The notes under the pieces were generated by a model. It ran no database searches, was not told the origin of the DNA, and saw only the letters and a list, made by a program, of their open reading frames with translations. A program made the position numbers and the translations under genes. A stretch of 64,000 nucleotides of DNA from Centroscyllium fabricii (taxonomy: Eukaryota): positions 13,764,001 to 13,828,000 of the forward strand of contig JBNRSN020000017.1 of NCBI GenBank assembly GCA_051313645.2, written 5' to 3'. This document shows positions 61,020 through 64,000 of this stretch, in pieces (position 1 is the stretch's first letter; every line of letters starts with the position of its first letter).

Positions 61020-63380
61020 ATAGGAACTCGAGCAGGCCATTCAGCTCCTCGAGCCTGTTCCACCATTCAGTTAGATGATGGCTGATCTTTAGCTCAACTC
61101 CATTTACCCACTTTGCTCCATATTCTTTGATACCATTATCTAACAAAAACCCATATCCACAGCATTTTGGAGGGGTTGGGGGGAGGGAAAGAGAGTTCCA
61201 GATTTAAACTTTTTTGTGTGATAAAGTGCTTCCTGATTTCCCTCCTAAATGGCCTAGTTCTAATTTTTAGATTATGCCCCTTGTTCTGGATTCCACTACT
61301 GGAGGAAGCAGTTTCTGTGGGGGGGAATTTCCCTGGAGGTCAGCAGGCGGGATCGGTGGCGGGTTGTGTGGGAAAGTGGTTTTTTTTGACAGCGGGTTGG
61401 GACCCCGCTGTAAACCTGCCGCCACACGCCTTTTCCAATGTCGGGTCTGTCAGCGCTGAGCATATCCGACAGGCAGCGGTGGTGAACCCAAATAAGATCA
61501 TTATTGCCTTGTTGACAGATCATTAACAGACTTTTTAACTTAACTTTTCACTTTAACTTCATGGCCACGCTGTTTGGAGTCCACGGCTGTCAACCTGAGG
61601 CGTGAGTTCAGTGGCCATTGCTCCAGCTGATTCCTTGACAGCTTCAGTTGTACAGTAAAAGCTCCCACCTGACAGATCTTCACTTTCCTCATCCACAAGC
61701 TGTTTCTCAGTCCATTTCCAGCACAGATTCTGCAGGCTTTCCACTCTCTATCCACTCTTACCTCATTGGAAGAACTCTCTCACCATTCTGTCAAATTTAC
61801 TTCACCGGCCATCTATTCCATCAACATGGGTACGGTTTATACTCGCTCACCTTGGTCCTCTGAATCCGACCACGATCAACCCCCAACACCAGCAGCACCA
61901 GACACTCCAGCAGCACCAACAACAACACCAACCTTCTCCGCATTTACCTGATGCTGCGCAGGACAGAGGGCATCAGCACCCAACCACGTTGCTGCCTGGG
62001 AGGCATGGGATGGCCTCACCATGGCCAGATTTACTTCACTTGACGTTGTACACCCTGGCTGCCACATGATGCGCCAGGTTGGCAGCCAGGGTGTACAACA
62101 CCATAACGCATCCCTACAATGTCCAAGCCATTCCTTTCACACGCACCACCATTGCGGTGGGTACCGTTATGTCTCACCATTCACTGCAATGCACTAAGCC
62201 ACTTCCAAAGATACACACAAATCTAGCCAAGAACGCAAAGTGTTGAAAATAAAGGTTTAAATGTTTGACACCACATTAACAGAAACTTTACATGAACATT
62301 GGATAAAATACCCAAGTGGCAACCCTTCTGTGTTGTTAGTTGGTATGATTGCTCTAGGATGAGGGTGAGTGTGAGGGGCGGCTAATGAGATGAGGATGTG
62401 ATAATGTAGATAGAGAGAAAGGGATGGGTGGAGGTGCAAGGTAAGTTGGTGTGAGTAAGGATGTGCAGCTGTAGGGTAGGGAAGGTAGAGTGATAGGGAT
62501 GTGATGAGAGGCACAGCTGGATGAAGGTGGGTGTGGCTTTGTACTAACATTTCATGATCCAATAAGATAATTGAAAGGTTTGCGCCACTGCACCCAGGCC
62601 CTCCTGATGACATCCCTGCATGTGACCTCTTGTGCAATGTGCAACCAGGCTGTGTTGGCCTACTGAGGAGGTCTCTTCCGCCTATCGAAAGGGAAGAGGA
62701 CCTCCCGGCCTCCTCTGACTCCCTCCATAAGCATATGGAGAGTGTCATGGGAGAGCCTGGGTGCAGTCCTGCCCCTCTGTGCAGTGATTGTCAGTGTTTG
62801 CAGCACCTCAATGTTGTGGAACACTGACAGCACAAATGTTAAAATAATGTTGGCCGTGGCCCCTTTAAGGAAACTGGCTGATGACATGTCATGAAATGAT
62901 GTCACCAGACCCGCTTCCACAATTGGACCGGGAAACGCGCTGGGCGGGCTTAACGAGCCCCAGCAATGGAAATTCATTTCAGATAGCATGATGGAGCCAG
63001 CAGCGGGGTTGGGACCCGCCACCGATGTCGCCCACCCTGGACCCGCCGAGGTGAGCAAAGCCTGGCCTCTGTATCTACCGTATCAAATCCCTTTATCATT
63101 TTAAAGACCTCAATTAGATCATCCCTCAACCTTTTTAACTCAAGGGAATACAACCCAAGTATATGCAACTTGTCCTCTTAATTGAACCCTTTCAACTCTG
63201 GTATAATTCTTGTGAATGTGCGCTGCACCTCACCCAAGGCCAGTATATCTTTCCTGAGATGCAGTCGTGTAGATGGAGTCTGACCAAGGCTCTGGACAAC
63301 TGATGCATCGCTTCCTCACTTCAGTATTCCAGTTCCCTTGAGATAAATACCAACATTCCATTAGTCTTTTAATCCTATTT
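61020..63380 (-). mobile_element. Old CR1 fragment interrupted by a Harbinger remnant
   Basis: Tail at ~61020-61315; LGLYSLE..RLRDDLIEVFKMIKGFD at 63068-63168. Confidence 0.75.
61319..63067. mobile_element. Internally deleted Harbinger element
   Basis: GGGGGGAATTT.. / ..CAAAGCCTGGCC ends; minus-strand remnant GRTAPRLSH..L..L..GV..REVLFP..RKRP resembling the Myb exon at 50399-50662. Confidence 0.7.
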
Positions 63381-63694
63381 AAAACAGATGTAATCTACTG
63401 TATTGCATGGAAAGTAGCGTGCAGCCTTTAAAAAGGCAAAACTCTCCAAATTTGCAGATGATGCTGAACTGGAAGAGACCGGAAACAACAAGGAACAGAC
63501 TGATCAAATACAGACGATCTGAATAAATTGGGAAACTGGGCAGAACACTACAGTAAGAATCGGAGGGAACAGCAGATAAGGAAGGATCAGAGCTTAGTTC
63601 ACTCATTTGACTCTTGGCTAACTTCATTGTCCGTTTCATCAATCCTTTTCTGATACTTTTCAAGAATGGCTACCATAGGAGCCGCTGACACTTG

Positions 63695-63981
63695 NNNNNN
63701 NNNNNNNNNNNNNNNNNNNNNNNNNNNNNNNNNNNNNNNNNNNNNNNNNNNNNNNNNNNNNNNNNNNNNNNNNNNNNNNNNNNNNNNNNNNNNNNNNNNN
63801 NNNNNNNNNNNNNNNNNNNNNNNNNNNNNNNNNNNNNNNNNNNNNNNNNNNNNNNNNNNNNNNNNNNNNNNNNNNNNNNNNNNNNNNNNNNNNNNNNNNN
63901 NNNNNNNNNNNNNNNNNNNNNNNNNNNNNNNNNNNNNNNNNNNNNNNNNNNNNNNNNNNNNNNNNNNNNNNNNNNNNNNNN
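63695..63981. other. Assembly gap
   Basis: Run of N. Confidence 1.
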
Positions 63982-64000
63982 GGCACAGAAGAAGATGCCA

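Overview
Vertebrate, almost certainly cartilaginous-fish (shark/ray) genomic DNA, judged from HE1-type V-SINEs and HER1/CR1-type LINE tails. No host protein-coding gene can be supported; the window is a dense, multiply nested transposable-element landscape with two N gaps. Main elements: (i) a hAT DNA transposon (3574-11152, 8-bp TSD) whose transposase is split by a full-length CsRn1-type Gypsy element (4524-9088) and which also carries a MITE; (ii) an ORF1-less CR1-group LINE (12383-20610, minus) that starts with a tRNA-SINE-type head and is split by a full-length Gypsy element (12806-17892); (iii) a two-gene Harbinger transposon (45578-50916; transposase plus spliced Myb/SANT protein) nested in a related MITE; (iv) many solo LTRs, MITEs, SINEs and LINE fragments. 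Most notable: the second Gypsy element has no tRNA primer-binding site but a perfect 15-nt complement of its own LTR poly(A) region, plus a YLDN RT motif; and a SINE at 2789-3266 is a 5'+3' internal-deletion derivative of the SINE-headed LINE. Family names come from recalled motifs, not database searches.
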